A DNA stretch of 48,975 nucleotides from the NCBI GenBank assembly GCA_041562555.1, contig JBFEXS010000003.1, positions 1 through 48,975 on the forward strand, in the 5' to 3' direction. Within the stretch, counting starts at the first letter, position 1. Every line of letters starts with the position of its first letter. This document shows positions 19,794-29,794 of the stretch, in pieces. Source of the DNA: Sulfurimonadaceae bacterium (GTDB lineage: Bacteria > Campylobacterota > Campylobacteria > Campylobacterales > Sulfurimonadaceae). The position numbers and the translations under genes are program-made. The notes under the pieces were generated by a model that saw only the letters and a program-made list of their open reading frames with translations, did no database searches and was not told where the DNA came from.

Positions 19794-20573
19794 ATGAAAC
19801 ATCTATTTTTATCGATAATCGCAACCCTTGGTATTGTCCATGCTGCCAGCATACACATCGTCGCCAAAGAGAACTGTCCGTACTATTGCTCACCATATGC
19901 AGTAGACAAAGGATTTGTCGTTGATATCGCAGCACATGTTTTCAAAGGTTTTGGCTACACTATCGACTATACGACGGTAGCCACTAATGAAGCAGCAGTC
20001 AAAGGGCTGCATGATAGAGACTTTGATATCTTTTTAAGTGATGAACAGCATAAAGAGACCGGGCTTATCTTTGTCAAAACTCCCCTTGCCTACCGCTATA
20101 ACGTCATCCTGGTCCCAAAACTTTCCAAATGGAGACTTAAAGACCCTGAGGGCTTAAACCATATCAAGATAGCTGTGCGGGAAGAACAGAGCTATTCTCC
20201 TCTTATTCAAAGACATATCGATCGCTACAAAGACGATCAGCAAAAGATTGTATATTCTAAGGGCAAGTATGGCCTTAAAGACAACCTGGTAAAACTCCAA
20301 TATAACGAAGTGAACGCTATCATAGACAATCAGCACCTCATGCAGTATTTTTATCATGAAAAAAGAAAACTCTTCCCATTCAAAGTCGCCAACAAACTCC
20401 AGGCCAAAGAAGTATACGGAATATTTTCCAATAAAAACTATAAGGCTACCAAACATGCCAAAAGATTCAACCGGGCGTTAAAACAACTGCAAGGCAGTAG
20501 CGAGATGGCACAACTGTTGAGCCATTACGGTCTTATTGAAAAAAACATTCAAAAACCCAGAGGGCTAAAGTGA
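19794..20573 (+). CDS. Periplasmic substrate-binding protein (family 3-like), with no adjacent transporter
   Basis: Signal peptide, CPYYC...KGFVVDI, C-terminal FNRALKQL...LLSHYGL. Confidence 0.75.
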   Translation: MKHLFLSIIATLGIVHAASIHIVAKENCPYYCSPYAVDKGFVVDIAAHVFKGFGYTIDYTTVATNEAAVKGLHDRDFDIFLSDEQHKETGLIFVKTPLAYRYNVILVPKLSKWRLKDPEGLNHIKIAVREEQSYSPLIQRHIDRYKDDQQKIVYSKGKYGLKDNLVKLQYNEVNAIIDNQHLMQYFYHEKRKLFPFKVANKLQAKEVYGIFSNKNYKATKHAKRFNRALKQLQGSSEMAQLLSHYGLIEKNIQKPRGLK

Positions 20574-21317
20574 GGTATAACTGCGTTTAGTCCTTTTACA
20601 ACGAATGAAGACTGCCTTGTTGTGAGAAAAAGGATCGTCCTTTTTAATCTCAAAAAGATTCAGGGCCTCGATCAGATCGATCATTTTTGAGAAACCATAG
20701 TTCCGCGGGTCAAAATCAGGGTGTCTATTGGCAATCGTCTGACGAATATGTGTAAGATATGACCAACCTGAATCATCGGCGGTATCCTCGACCACATTCT
20801 TCAATATCTCGATCAGTTCCTCATCTTTACTGATATCCTGTTTTACAGAACGCTTTTTAGATGCTCCTGCTTTTTTCTCTTTTCTCAGGTTCTCCGTATA
20901 GATGAAGGTGTCACATGCTGCCAAAAACGCCTTAGGCGTTTTCTTCTCGCCAAAGCCGTACACGCTCAAGCCGGCCTCACGGATACGAAGTGCTAATCGG
21001 GTAAAGTCACTGTCTGAGGACACGATACAAAACCCATCCAGTTTATCCGTATAGAGAAGATCCATCGCATCAATGATCATTGCGGAATCCGTGGCATTCT
21101 TGCCCACCGTATATCCAAACTGCTGCATCGGCTGAATACCATGTGCCAGCAGATGTGATTTCCAACCCTTCAGACGGGTATCCGTCCAGTCACCGTATAT
21201 CCGTTTCACTGAAGCGACACCGTATTTAGCTATCTCCTCCATAAGACCTTCAATTATTGAAGGCTGGGAGTTATCCGCATCGATAATGACCGCTAAACGT
21301 TTTTGCCCGTTTTTCAT
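20565..21317 (-). CDS. NYN (LabA/DUF88, PIN-like) domain protein with a C-terminal OST-HTH/LOTUS domain
   Basis: IIDADN, RIYGDW, GKNATDSAMIIDAMD, VSSDSDF; C-terminal PDFDPRNYGFSK. Confidence 0.92.
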   Translation of the reverse strand: MKNGQKRLAVIIDADNSQPSIIEGLMEEIAKYGVASVKRIYGDWTDTRLKGWKSHLLAHGIQPMQQFGYTVGKNATDSAMIIDAMDLLYTDKLDGFCIVSSDSDFTRLALRIREAGLSVYGFGEKKTPKAFLAACDTFIYTENLRKEKKAGASKKRSVKQDISKDEELIEILKNVVEDTADDSGWSYLTHIRQTIANRHPDFDPRNYGFSKMIDLIEALNLFEIKKDDPFSHNKAVFIRCKRTKRSYTSL

Positions 21318-21895
21318 GCTAATCTCTCGAGTTCCACTTTTGCCTCTTCAAACTCAGGATTGATTGCCAATGCTTTTTGATACATCTCTTTGGCCTCTGA
21401 CACCCTGTTTTGTCTCACCATCAAGTTGGCATAGTTAAACCAGGTCACTTCATATTCAGCATCAATTTCAAGGGCTTTTTCATAATGTTCTTTTGCTTCT
21501 TCAAACCGTTCTAAACGTACGAATAATGTAGCGAGAGCATTATGTGTCATATCGTCTTGATTATCGATTCGTAGCGATGCTTCATACAGTCTACGTGCTT
21601 CTTCCATCTTATCCTGTTTTGCCAAAACGAAGGCCAGCTTGTTCAATCCCTCTGCAGCATCGGGAAATCTCTCGACAATGTGTTCCAAACGACGCTGGGC
21701 TTCTTCAATTTCACCATCCATATATGCCTGGTCAGCTTCTTCAATCAACTCGTCCAAAGTAGGTTCTGGCGCAATTTCTTCAAGCTCTTGCATATGAATA
21801 GGCTCTGCATCTTCATCAATATTTTGGATATGTATATATACCTGATAAGCAAAAAAAGCGGCAGCCGCCAATAAAATCAACTGAAAAACTGTCAT
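21314..21895 (-). CDS. Membrane-anchored TPR protein
   Basis: N-terminal TM helix, acidic linker, about 4 TPR repeats (YEKALEID, YQKALAINP). Confidence 0.88.
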   Translation of the reverse strand: MTVFQLILLAAAAFFAYQVYIHIQNIDEDAEPIHMQELEEIAPEPTLDELIEEADQAYMDGEIEEAQRRLEHIVERFPDAAEGLNKLAFVLAKQDKMEEARRLYEASLRIDNQDDMTHNALATLFVRLERFEEAKEHYEKALEIDAEYEVTWFNYANLMVRQNRVSEAKEMYQKALAINPEFEEAKVELERLA

Positions 21896-22046
21896 GATCT
21901 TCCTTCTGTGTACACTATTAAAATCTTCTGTATAAAATCATATCCAAAAGAACTTTATTTCAATATACATCATGAACGCTGCTTCCTTTAAACCACTTTT
22001 TTAATATTTAGGTGTACACTTTCGAAAATTATACACTAGGATTTCT

Positions 22047-22604
22047 ATGGAAGAGATGCTCACGAATTTAGAGACATACGGGTATATCGTACTTTTTTTA
22101 TACTCTTTTGGCGGTGGATTTCTCGCTCTTATGGGAGCAGGTGTACTCTCCTATACGGGACACATGGATCTAAGTACATCCATCCTTATAGCCTTTATTG
22201 CCAACTTTATAGGTGACCTTGTTCTCTTTTACATGGGCCGCTACAACAAAAAAGATGTGATGGTTTATATACACAAGCATAAGCGTAAACTTGCACTTTC
22301 ACATATCCTTATGAAAAAACATGGCTCGTGGGTCATTTTCATGCAAAAATATGTTTACGGTATAAAGACCCTGATCCCCTTGGCCATCGGTCTGACTAAG
22401 TACGATATTAAAAAGTTCACCGTTTTAAACTTCTTTGCCTCGGCCATCTGGGCTCTGGTTGTGGGGGTAGGTTCTTTTATGGCCGGTGAAGCGATCAAGT
22501 CCGCCTATGAGATCATTGCCGGTCGTCCTTATCTTGCACCGATTGCACTCATCACTATCATCGCACTCATATGGTGGTATCTAAGTGCAAAAACGAAAAA
22601 GTAG
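22047..22604 (+). CDS. DedA family membrane protein
   Basis: YGYIVLF, GDLVLFYMGR, KFTVLNFFASAIW. Confidence 0.9.
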   Translation: MEEMLTNLETYGYIVLFLYSFGGGFLALMGAGVLSYTGHMDLSTSILIAFIANFIGDLVLFYMGRYNKKDVMVYIHKHKRKLALSHILMKKHGSWVIFMQKYVYGIKTLIPLAIGLTKYDIKKFTVLNFFASAIWALVVGVGSFMAGEAIKSAYEIIAGRPYLAPIALITIIALIWWYLSAKTKK

Positions 22605-22612
22605 TATCCTTC

Positions 22613-23959
22613 TTATTGTAAAAGTGATTTTGTGTGATACGGACACTGAGACACGAACTTCAGCATAGGATAGAACTCTTTGTCCTCGCCCTCTTCCGTA
22701 TAATGGTTGTACGAAGCTGTTCCGTCATCGTCCAGGGTCAAGCTGACAACACGTCCTACTGTCAGCGCGGTCCATGACACTTCTTTTCCCGTTGTTTGAA
22801 TCTCTTTGGCATTAGGATCACGTACTACGTAGTTTTTCCCGTCTTTATTGTTTTTAACGACATAAGCAAAGATATTACTCCCCTTTTTACCTACGTGATA
22901 CTGTACCTTTCCTTCTATATGTACCTTTTCACCTGTAGATGGCGTAGCCGTGACAAAGTCACCGCATTCTGAAGCTACCATCTTATTGTATGCTAAAGCC
23001 TTCAAACGATAGGCTTCAGCTTTCTGACGTGCTTCTTTCGCTTTTTTCAATGCTCTTTGCTGCTCGATCACAGCAACACGGGCTTTCTCTTCTTCTTTTT
23101 CCTTATTGACCCAAAACTCATAATATTCATAAGACTTGTAGCGCTTGGTCTCTTCCAATGGAAGGGAATGCTGTTTGACAAAATACATCTCCTCTTTGCT
23201 CGGGGAAGTCTCAAGTAACGGAAAAAGCAGGGAAAAATTCTTGACTTTCTCTTGTATCATCGCAGCATACGCCTGCTTGTTCATCTGCTTTTGGATGAAG
23301 AGCTTCTGTTTGTCGAGCTGTCTTAATTTGGAGATATACTCCAAAGAAAGATCATTGTCCCTAAACTCATCAGCCAGATACCCCGAGATCAGACTAAGAC
23401 GTAACTGCCTGACATATTCGGTACAACGCTTGTTTATCCCCGCGTATTCCTCTATATCCGCTTCGAGAATTTTTTCGCATGAATGGCTGAATTGGAAAAG
23501 AGGCTGTGCAAACTGGCTGAAGGCTTTAGGATTTTTATCAAATTTTTTACGCATAAAGCTGATTGCCTCAGATGGCGTCACATCCTCACGGATCAATACG
23601 GCAATCGTACTGTAACTCAAGCCCGTCTTTTTCCAACGTGCTGCATATTTCGGCGACAGCCCCAAAGCCTTCCAATCTTCTGCTTCATCTTCTTGAATAT
23701 GTACTGCCAGCCATTTTTGGCGTTCTTCCTCGGCCCTTTGTCTCAGCTCTTCATCCGGATCTACGACCTTGACATGCCCATTACTCGGTTGATATGTGTT
23801 TTTACGTTCTTCCAGTTTTGAAAGACTGTCACCAAAGGTATAACTTTGGCGTTTTTCCATCTGTGCACGTAAATGTGAAAACTCATTCGGTTCAGGTTCA
23901 TCTACACAGGCAGCAAAAAACAAAGAGGTGAGTACAGTCATAAACACTCGAAAAGGCAT
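22613..23959 (-). CDS. Hypothetical lipoprotein (448 aa)
   Basis: Long ORF with RBS, lipobox-like FAAC, central coiled coil and beta-rich C-terminal domain; no family recognised. Confidence 0.75.
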   Translation of the reverse strand: MPFRVFMTVLTSLFFAACVDEPEPNEFSHLRAQMEKRQSYTFGDSLSKLEERKNTYQPSNGHVKVVDPDEELRQRAEEERQKWLAVHIQEDEAEDWKALGLSPKYAARWKKTGLSYSTIAVLIREDVTPSEAISFMRKKFDKNPKAFSQFAQPLFQFSHSCEKILEADIEEYAGINKRCTEYVRQLRLSLISGYLADEFRDNDLSLEYISKLRQLDKQKLFIQKQMNKQAYAAMIQEKVKNFSLLFPLLETSPSKEEMYFVKQHSLPLEETKRYKSYEYYEFWVNKEKEEEKARVAVIEQQRALKKAKEARQKAEAYRLKALAYNKMVASECGDFVTATPSTGEKVHIEGKVQYHVGKKGSNIFAYVVKNNKDGKNYVVRDPNAKEIQTTGKEVSWTALTVGRVVSLTLDDDGTASYNHYTEEGEDKEFYPMLKFVSQCPYHTKSLLQ

Positions 23960-24044
23960 ACAGTTTCCTAAAAGAATTTCTTATAGTATAGCATTCCTAA
24001 ATTAAAATGACCAAAATATTTGTTAGATTATAAAAGTAAACGGA

Positions 24045-24079
24045 GAGTAAACAATCTGCCCAGTCTCTTACCGGACAGA
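24045..24079 (-). terminator. Intrinsic terminator after pckA
   Basis: Minus-strand UCUGUCCGGU-AAGAG-ACUGGGCAGA hairpin followed by UUGUUUACU. Confidence 0.6.
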
Positions 24080-24089
24080 ACGAAAAAAG

Positions 24090-25694
24090 TTAGTTTTCGA
24101 TCTTAGGACCGGCAGTAGAATAGTCAAACTCACTGTCTGCGCTCAAATAGCGATCAAAGTTTGCAATAAACATCTCAGCCAGTTTATCACGTGTCTTTTC
24201 ATATTCTTCTTTGTTTGCCCAAGCTAAACGCGGATTCAATACAGCAGTGTCGACACCTTTCAATGTCTTAGGAATCTGTAGACGGAAAGTAAATGTCGTG
24301 TCGAACTCACACTCATTAATCGACCCGTCAAGAATAGCATTGATACATGCACGGGTATTCTTGATACTCATACGTTTACCAACGCCGTAGGCACCACCGG
24401 TCCAACCGGTATTCACAAGATAAACATTAACATTATGCTGATCGATCTTCTCACCAAGGAGTTTTGCATAAACTGTCGGGTGAAGTGGTAGGAAAGCTTC
24501 TCCGAAACATGCTGAGAATGTAGCTACCGGCTCAGTAATCCCACGTTCGGTACCTGCTACCTTAGCCGTGTATCCCGACAGGAAGTAATACATTGCCTGT
24601 TCTTTTGTCAATTTTGAAACCGGAGGAAGGACACCGAATGCATCTGCAGTCAGGAAAATAATATTTTTTGGATGACCTGCTTCTAAAGCCTCTACATGGT
24701 TTTCAATGTGTTCGATCGGGTATGAGACACGTGTGTTCTCTGTTTTTGACTTATCTGCATAGTCGACATTACCTTCTGTATCCGTAACGACATTTTCAAG
24801 AAGTGCCGAACGGCGGATCGCACCATAGATTTCAGGTTCAGAGTCTGCATCAAGGTCGATGACCTTTGCATAACATCCGCCTTCAAAGTTAAAGACACCA
24901 TTTTCATCCCAACCGTGTTCGTCGTCACCTATCAATGCACGGTTTGGATCTGTTGAAAGTGTGGTCTTGCCTGTTCCTGAAAGACCGAAGAAAAGACAGG
25001 TATCCCCATCTTTACCAACATTTGCAGAACAGTGCATTGCCATTTTCTTCTCCAGTGGCAACCAATAGTTCATCATAGAGAAGATACCCTTCTTCATCTC
25101 ACCGCCATACCAAGTACCACCGATGATAGCGATATTCTCTTCAATGTTGAAAAGAACGAAGACTTCAGAGTTCATCCCCATCTCTTTCCATTTATCGTTC
25201 ACTGCTTTACACGCATTTAAGACAGTGAATTCCGGTTTAAAGCCAGCAAGGTCTTTCTCATCCGGGCGAATGAACATGTTTTTGACAAAATGTGATTGCC
25301 AAGCGATCTCTGACACAAAACGGACAGAACGCTTAGACGCCGAAGATGCACCACAGTAGACATCCGTGACATAGATGTCTTTATTAGACAACTGTGCCTT
25401 TGCCACACCTAAAAGTTCTTGAAAGATCTCTGCACTGATAGGCTGGTTTACATCACCCCATGCAATATATTTGTTTGATTCTGCCTGATCGACAAAATAT
25501 TTATCTTTAGGACTGCGCCCCGTAAAAATTCCGGTATCAACTGTCGTTGCACCGTTCGTCGTCATTTTACATTCGCCATTTTTCAGCTCATGATCAATTA
25601 ATTCGTCATAACTCAGATTATAAAAAACCTGTCCAATATTATCTAACCCTAAATTTTCAAGACCTGCTGGCTTCATTGTTTCTGATACCTTCAA
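24090..25694 (-). CDS. pckA: Phosphoenolpyruvate carboxykinase (ATP); alternative ATG start at 25676
   Basis: [48 protein letters not shown]. Confidence 0.98.
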   Translation of the reverse strand: MKVSETMKPAGLENLGLDNIGQVFYNLSYDELIDHELKNGECKMTTNGATTVDTGIFTGRSPKDKYFVDQAESNKYIAWGDVNQPISAEIFQELLGVAKAQLSNKDIYVTDVYCGASSASKRSVRFVSEIAWQSHFVKNMFIRPDEKDLAGFKPEFTVLNACKAVNDKWKEMGMNSEVFVLFNIEENIAIIGGTWYGGEMKKGIFSMMNYWLPLEKKMAMHCSANVGKDGDTCLFFGLSGTGKTTLSTDPNRALIGDDEHGWDENGVFNFEGGCYAKVIDLDADSEPEIYGAIRRSALLENVVTDTEGNVDYADKSKTENTRVSYPIEHIENHVEALEAGHPKNIIFLTADAFGVLPPVSKLTKEQAMYYFLSGYTAKVAGTERGITEPVATFSACFGEAFLPLHPTVYAKLLGEKIDQHNVNVYLVNTGWTGGAYGVGKRMSIKNTRACINAILDGSINECEFDTTFTFRLQIPKTLKGVDTAVLNPRLAWANKEEYEKTRDKLAEMFIANFDRYLSADSEFDYSTAGPKIEN

Positions 25695-25900
25695 TAATGC
25701 GTTTCAGATATGGTAGTATCTGTTATGTTTGCTTTGGCTTAAATCATTCCCAAGCATTTTTAATGGCGAAATTATAGCGACTCATCTCTCAAAACCCAAG
25801 AAAAAATAGATTTTTTTTCAAGATTTATCAAATTTACGCATATGCAATAATCTATTTCAACTAAAACAGATTTAAACACAATCAGTTTTTTTAAAATGGT

Positions 25901-27403
25901 CTAAAATAAATAATTTAATTCCATTCTCACTTCTGCATGATCATCACTTGATGCCGCAAGACGTTCAACATACTCAGTACGAAAACGTAAAGACAGGTTC
26001 GGTACCTTTTCAAGTTCCTGAATCAATCCGAAATAATAGACGTTTGAATCCAGACCTGTATACTTCACCTCATCATAATCTTCACGTGTGAATGATAGAT
26101 AGGTCTGCAGTCCGCTAACGATATTGGCTTGATCAAAATCATAGGTACCACGTAGACGGAATGACTCTGTATTCGCTAACCAGTTATATCTCGCCATAGC
26201 ACGGGTATATCCGCCCGTAACAAAACCACGCCACGGTGTGATAAAGTCTGCTTGATCGGCAATACCGGTATACCCAAACGAAAACGAGGCAGCATCTTTA
26301 TCTAAGATCAAACGTGCCCCCAGCATATAGGTATCAACACTATCTGCATTTTTATATCGACTTCTTACGTCTGCTGTCCCGCCATTTGCGTCACTGGCAG
26401 CAAGACCATTAAGACTGGCTCCCCCAATCTCACCTGCACCATGATCAAACTGTTCTACGTAGCGGAATCCCGGAGTCAGACTATATCCATTCCCCAGATC
26501 AATACTGTAGTTGAGTTCTACCATTGCTGTGGAGAAAAGGTCTTTCAAATACAGAGCCGAAGCACTCAATTTCAAATTCTTATCCAATAAAGCCCGCGTA
26601 TACCCATCGACAATAAACAGACCCGGATTTTTTTCCTGTCCCACCTTGTCAAAGTTGGTATAGCTAAGGCCTTTATGGATCGCCGAATCATCATTTTCAT
26701 CCCATTTGGCATTGACGACTCCTGAGGTAGTATCTATTCTGTCGTCATACATGATTACCGAGTGAAAGTTATCATGGTCACGCAGCTTTTGACGTGTCAG
26801 ATAAGCAGCCCGCAGACGGGTCTCTTCAATATCCTTACTTTCTAAGGTTACTCCTTCGAAGGTATTTGGGATCATCTTCGAATCATTCGACTTTGTAAAA
26901 AAACTATTGAATATTTCTCTACCCGCGCGTGCTTTAAAACGCTTATGTTCATATTGCAGATAGGATTGAGACAAAACAGCAAAAGAGCTCCCCTTGCCAT
27001 TGACACTGTTGTATCGGCTTATAACGTCTTTGCCTGCTCTTAAAAATGCGGGATCGCTGGACTGGTTGTCAATACCGCTACCCGCACTCGTGTAATTCAC
27101 ACCTACTGTAGCTGACAGGCCTGCATAGGGTGCTGTCTTGTACATCAGACTCCCACCGATACCCAGGATATTATGATCCTCTTTTGTCAGACTCTCCTTC
27201 CGATAATCAAAAAAGAACCAGTTCGTACGTAAACGTCCATAAAACATACCCTCTGAAAAGATATCAGAGATATGCTCGACAGCTGAAGGCAACTCCTCAT
27301 AATTGACCATATAATTAGGCTGTATCGTCTGCTTGACACTGTCCGTGTTAGCCTCCAATGCCGTACATGCTAATAGGCTTAATAATATATTGATTGATCT
27401 CAT
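25901..27403 (-). CDS. OprD/MOMP-type outer-membrane porin
   Basis: Signal peptide, EGMFYGRLR, DSKMIPNTFEG, amphipathic beta-strands, C-terminal ELNYLF; coupled to modE (TAATG overlap). Confidence 0.85.
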   Translation of the reverse strand: MRSINILLSLLACTALEANTDSVKQTIQPNYMVNYEELPSAVEHISDIFSEGMFYGRLRTNWFFFDYRKESLTKEDHNILGIGGSLMYKTAPYAGLSATVGVNYTSAGSGIDNQSSDPAFLRAGKDVISRYNSVNGKGSSFAVLSQSYLQYEHKRFKARAGREIFNSFFTKSNDSKMIPNTFEGVTLESKDIEETRLRAAYLTRQKLRDHDNFHSVIMYDDRIDTTSGVVNAKWDENDDSAIHKGLSYTNFDKVGQEKNPGLFIVDGYTRALLDKNLKLSASALYLKDLFSTAMVELNYSIDLGNGYSLTPGFRYVEQFDHGAGEIGGASLNGLAASDANGGTADVRSRYKNADSVDTYMLGARLILDKDAASFSFGYTGIADQADFITPWRGFVTGGYTRAMARYNWLANTESFRLRGTYDFDQANIVSGLQTYLSFTREDYDEVKYTGLDSNVYYFGLIQELEKVPNLSLRFRTEYVERLAASSDDHAEVRMELNYLF

Positions 27404-28188
27404 TATTCTCCCCGTGGTAGAAGAGTGATGCTATAGGCTTTAAAAACTGCCAATAAGCTATCCTCTTTTTGTATCTTTAAATTCTCATAACTTTGTCGTG
27501 TAATCCATGCAGTCAGGAACTCACCGCTGCTCAACAGGAGTTGTAAGATCACATGATCTCCCTGGACCACAATATCCTTTACACTCGTGTGTAAACTATT
27601 GCGACTGCTTAATGCTTCATTGAGGTTTCTGCTAACTGAAACCGCTTCGGATTCAATCAAAACAGAAACATCCATAAAACACGCAAGCTTGTGTACATCT
27701 ACAAAAGCAAGAGGAACTTGTGCATCTATCTCCTCATCTGAGGAAAGTCTTAATTTTAAAGTTGCTCTTGTATCCTTTTTGGATATTTCAACAATCCGCG
27801 CTTCAAGCCTGGAAAAACTAAAATCCTCAGAACCATCATCCTCAAGATGCTCAAAGCCTTCTTGCAAACTCATGATATGTTTCGCATGCAAGGCCGTGAT
27901 CTCTTCAAAACGGCATATCAGTTCTTTGGCATATGCAGTAATGATGGTTCCACCCCCACCTGTACCGCCACTGATCTTCTGAACCAAGGCCTTGGGTGCC
28001 AGTGAATTCATCTTGTCAATCCAGGCCCAAGCCGTCTTATAGGTTATGTTCGAAGCTTTGGCAGCTTTTGCAATGGAACCATACACACTGATATTCTCGA
28101 GCAATTGTACCCTTTTCACACTTAGAAATTCCTCTGATCCTCTCTTTAAAAACAAATCCGATTCCAAGGTAAAAAGTCTATTTTTCAT
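27403..28188 (-). CDS. modE: ModE-family molybdate/tungstate-responsive regulator (wHTH plus TOBE domains)
   Basis: LLENISVYGSIAKAAK...YKTAW, GGTGGGGT wing, SSRN, AWITRQS, AVFKA. Confidence 0.88.
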   Translation of the reverse strand: MKNRLFTLESDLFLKRGSEEFLSVKRVQLLENISVYGSIAKAAKASNITYKTAWAWIDKMNSLAPKALVQKISGGTGGGGTIITAYAKELICRFEEITALHAKHIMSLQEGFEHLEDDGSEDFSFSRLEARIVEISKKDTRATLKLRLSSDEEIDAQVPLAFVDVHKLACFMDVSVLIESEAVSVSRNLNEALSSRNSLHTSVKDIVVQGDHVILQLLLSSGEFLTAWITRQSYENLKIQKEDSLLAVFKAYSITLLPRGE

Positions 28189-28191
28189 AAG

Positions 28192-28215
28192 CGGAGTATA
28201 CTAAAGTATATAACG
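28192..28215 (-). promoter_or_regulatory. ModE box overlapping the modE -10 element
   Basis: The minus strand reads CGTTATATA-CTTTAG-TATACTCCG, matching the ModE consensus CGnTATATA-N6-TATATAnCG. The embedded TATACT is 6 nt from the ATG. Confidence 0.7.
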
Positions 28216-28296
28216 CTGCTGCAAGTCAATGCTTACCCTTGTTTAACACATGCAAAAGATTGACACCTTTTTACACAACTAATTATTTATATTAAG

Positions 28297-28347
28297 CTTT
28301 CAATATAGTTGTATCACATATAATTGCATCTACAACTATATTGAAAG
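28297..28347. promoter_or_regulatory. Likely MarR operator: perfect 17-bp inverted repeat flanking a TATAAT
   Basis: CTTTCAATATAGTTGTA (28297-28313), a 17-nt spacer, then TACAACTATATTGAAAG (28331-28347), ending 8 nt before the marR ATG. Confidence 0.7.
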
Positions 28348-28355
28348 AATGAGCA

Positions 28356-28793
28356 ATGCATAAATTAGAAGACTCTCTTGGCTTTCAGGTCAATATGACT
28401 GCCAATGCCATGAAAAACCGATTCAATACCTTTTTAAAGCCCTATGGACTTACTTCCGAGCAATATGTGATTATGAAATCTCTGCAGGAAAACCCTGAGA
28501 TCACACCAACGCAGCTTTCTGAGATCACCTTTAAAGACAAGACGACGATCACCCGTATGATCAATACCCTAGTCAATAATGAGATGCTGCTGCGCATACC
28601 AAAGCAGGATGACCGACGGGCTTATAAGATTCATTGGAGTAAAAAAGGAGAGCAGATCATGAAGGAGATTCTTCCTGTTTCTGACAAAATCATTTCCAAT
28701 CTTCGGGCACAGTTCTCAAAGGATGACCTGACAATATTTTTGCAGGTTTTACAACAGTTGAAACAGATCCCCGCTTTGGAGAAACTATCATGA
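28356..28793 (+). CDS. MarR family transcriptional regulator
   Basis: YGLTSEQY, DKTTITRMI, DDRRAY; first gene of the efflux operon. Confidence 0.93.
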   Translation: MHKLEDSLGFQVNMTANAMKNRFNTFLKPYGLTSEQYVIMKSLQENPEITPTQLSEITFKDKTTITRMINTLVNNEMLLRIPKQDDRRAYKIHWSKKGEQIMKEILPVSDKIISNLRAQFSKDDLTIFLQVLQQLKQIPALEKLS

Positions 28794-29794
28794 GACCCAT
28801 CATATTTATCTTACTTGCCCTGCCGCTATTCGCATCTGTGGTGACTGAACCCGTTATACGGGGTGACCTGTTTTCCTCACAACGCTTCAACGGGACCCTT
28901 AGTTTCAATCAAAAGTCCCGTCTTGCCGCCGAAAGTGACGGTCTGATCACCCAACTCTATTTTGATGAAGGTGATTATGTCAAAAAAGGTACGCTCCTTT
29001 TAAAAACCGACAGCCAGATCATCGATGCCCAGATCAAATCGACCAAGGCATCGATCAAGGCTTCAGAATATGCCTTGCAAAAAGCAGAATTGGACTTTAA
29101 ACGTTACGCAACCCTTTTGGAGAAAGAGAGCATCTCACAACAAAAATATGATGAGTTCTATTTCCGCAAACTTCAACTGGAACAGGAACTCATCTCCCTG
29201 AAAGCTTCTTTACAAGCGCAAACTATCGCAAAGGCAAAAAAAGCTGTTTACGCTCCTTTTTCTGGCCAAATTGCCCAGCGGAATGTACAGGTAGGTGAAT
29301 GGCTAAAAGAAGGGACTCAGGTTGCCTTGCTCATCAATCCATCCGTGATAGATGCGACCTTTTATCTCCCCTCCACCTATATCCATACGCTGTCAAAAAA
29401 GACAGGCCCGGATGTACGTATCAATGATAAAACATATAAAAGCAGGTTCATCGGAAAACTCCTCAGTGGAGATATCAAGACGCGCACTTTCCCCTTAAAA
29501 CTTCGTCTTCTGGATACAGACACTCTGTTATTTGATGGGATGCAAGCCCAACTTGATCTGGAAAAATCACGCAATACACAAGTCCTTCTTGTACCAAGAG
29601 ACAGTCTTATCAAGCGTTTTGGGAAAGATGTCGTCTTTATCATCAAGGATAACAAAGCCCAGATGCTTCAAGTAGAAGTCATTTCTTACGAAGAGAATAA
29701 GATTGCCGTCTCCTCCACTGAACTAAACGTCGGTGATCAGGTAATCACTAAAGGAAATGAACGTATACGTCCGGGACAAGAGATCAATCCATGA
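28790..29794 (+). CDS. RND efflux periplasmic adaptor (MFP)
   Basis: EGDYVKKG lipoyl motif, YAPFSG, TRTF, VITKG. Confidence 0.93.
   Translation: MRPIIFILLALPLFASVVTEPVIRGDLFSSQRFNGTLSFNQKSRLAAESDGLITQLYFDEGDYVKKGTLLLKTDSQIIDAQIKSTKASIKASEYALQKAELDFKRYATLLEKESISQQKYDEFYFRKLQLEQELISLKASLQAQTIAKAKKAVYAPFSGQIAQRNVQVGEWLKEGTQVALLINPSVIDATFYLPSTYIHTLSKKTGPDVRINDKTYKSRFIGKLLSGDIKTRTFPLKLRLLDTDTLLFDGMQAQLDLEKSRNTQVLLVPRDSLIKRFGKDVVFIIKDNKAQMLQVEVISYEENKIAVSSTELNVGDQVITKGNERIRPGQEINP

Noticed and set aside
11051..25780. Identical 14-mer CGAAATTATAGCGA upstream of rpsP (11051-11064) and pckA (25767-25780)
   Set aside because: Explained as the housekeeping -10 element (TATAAT) plus discriminator.
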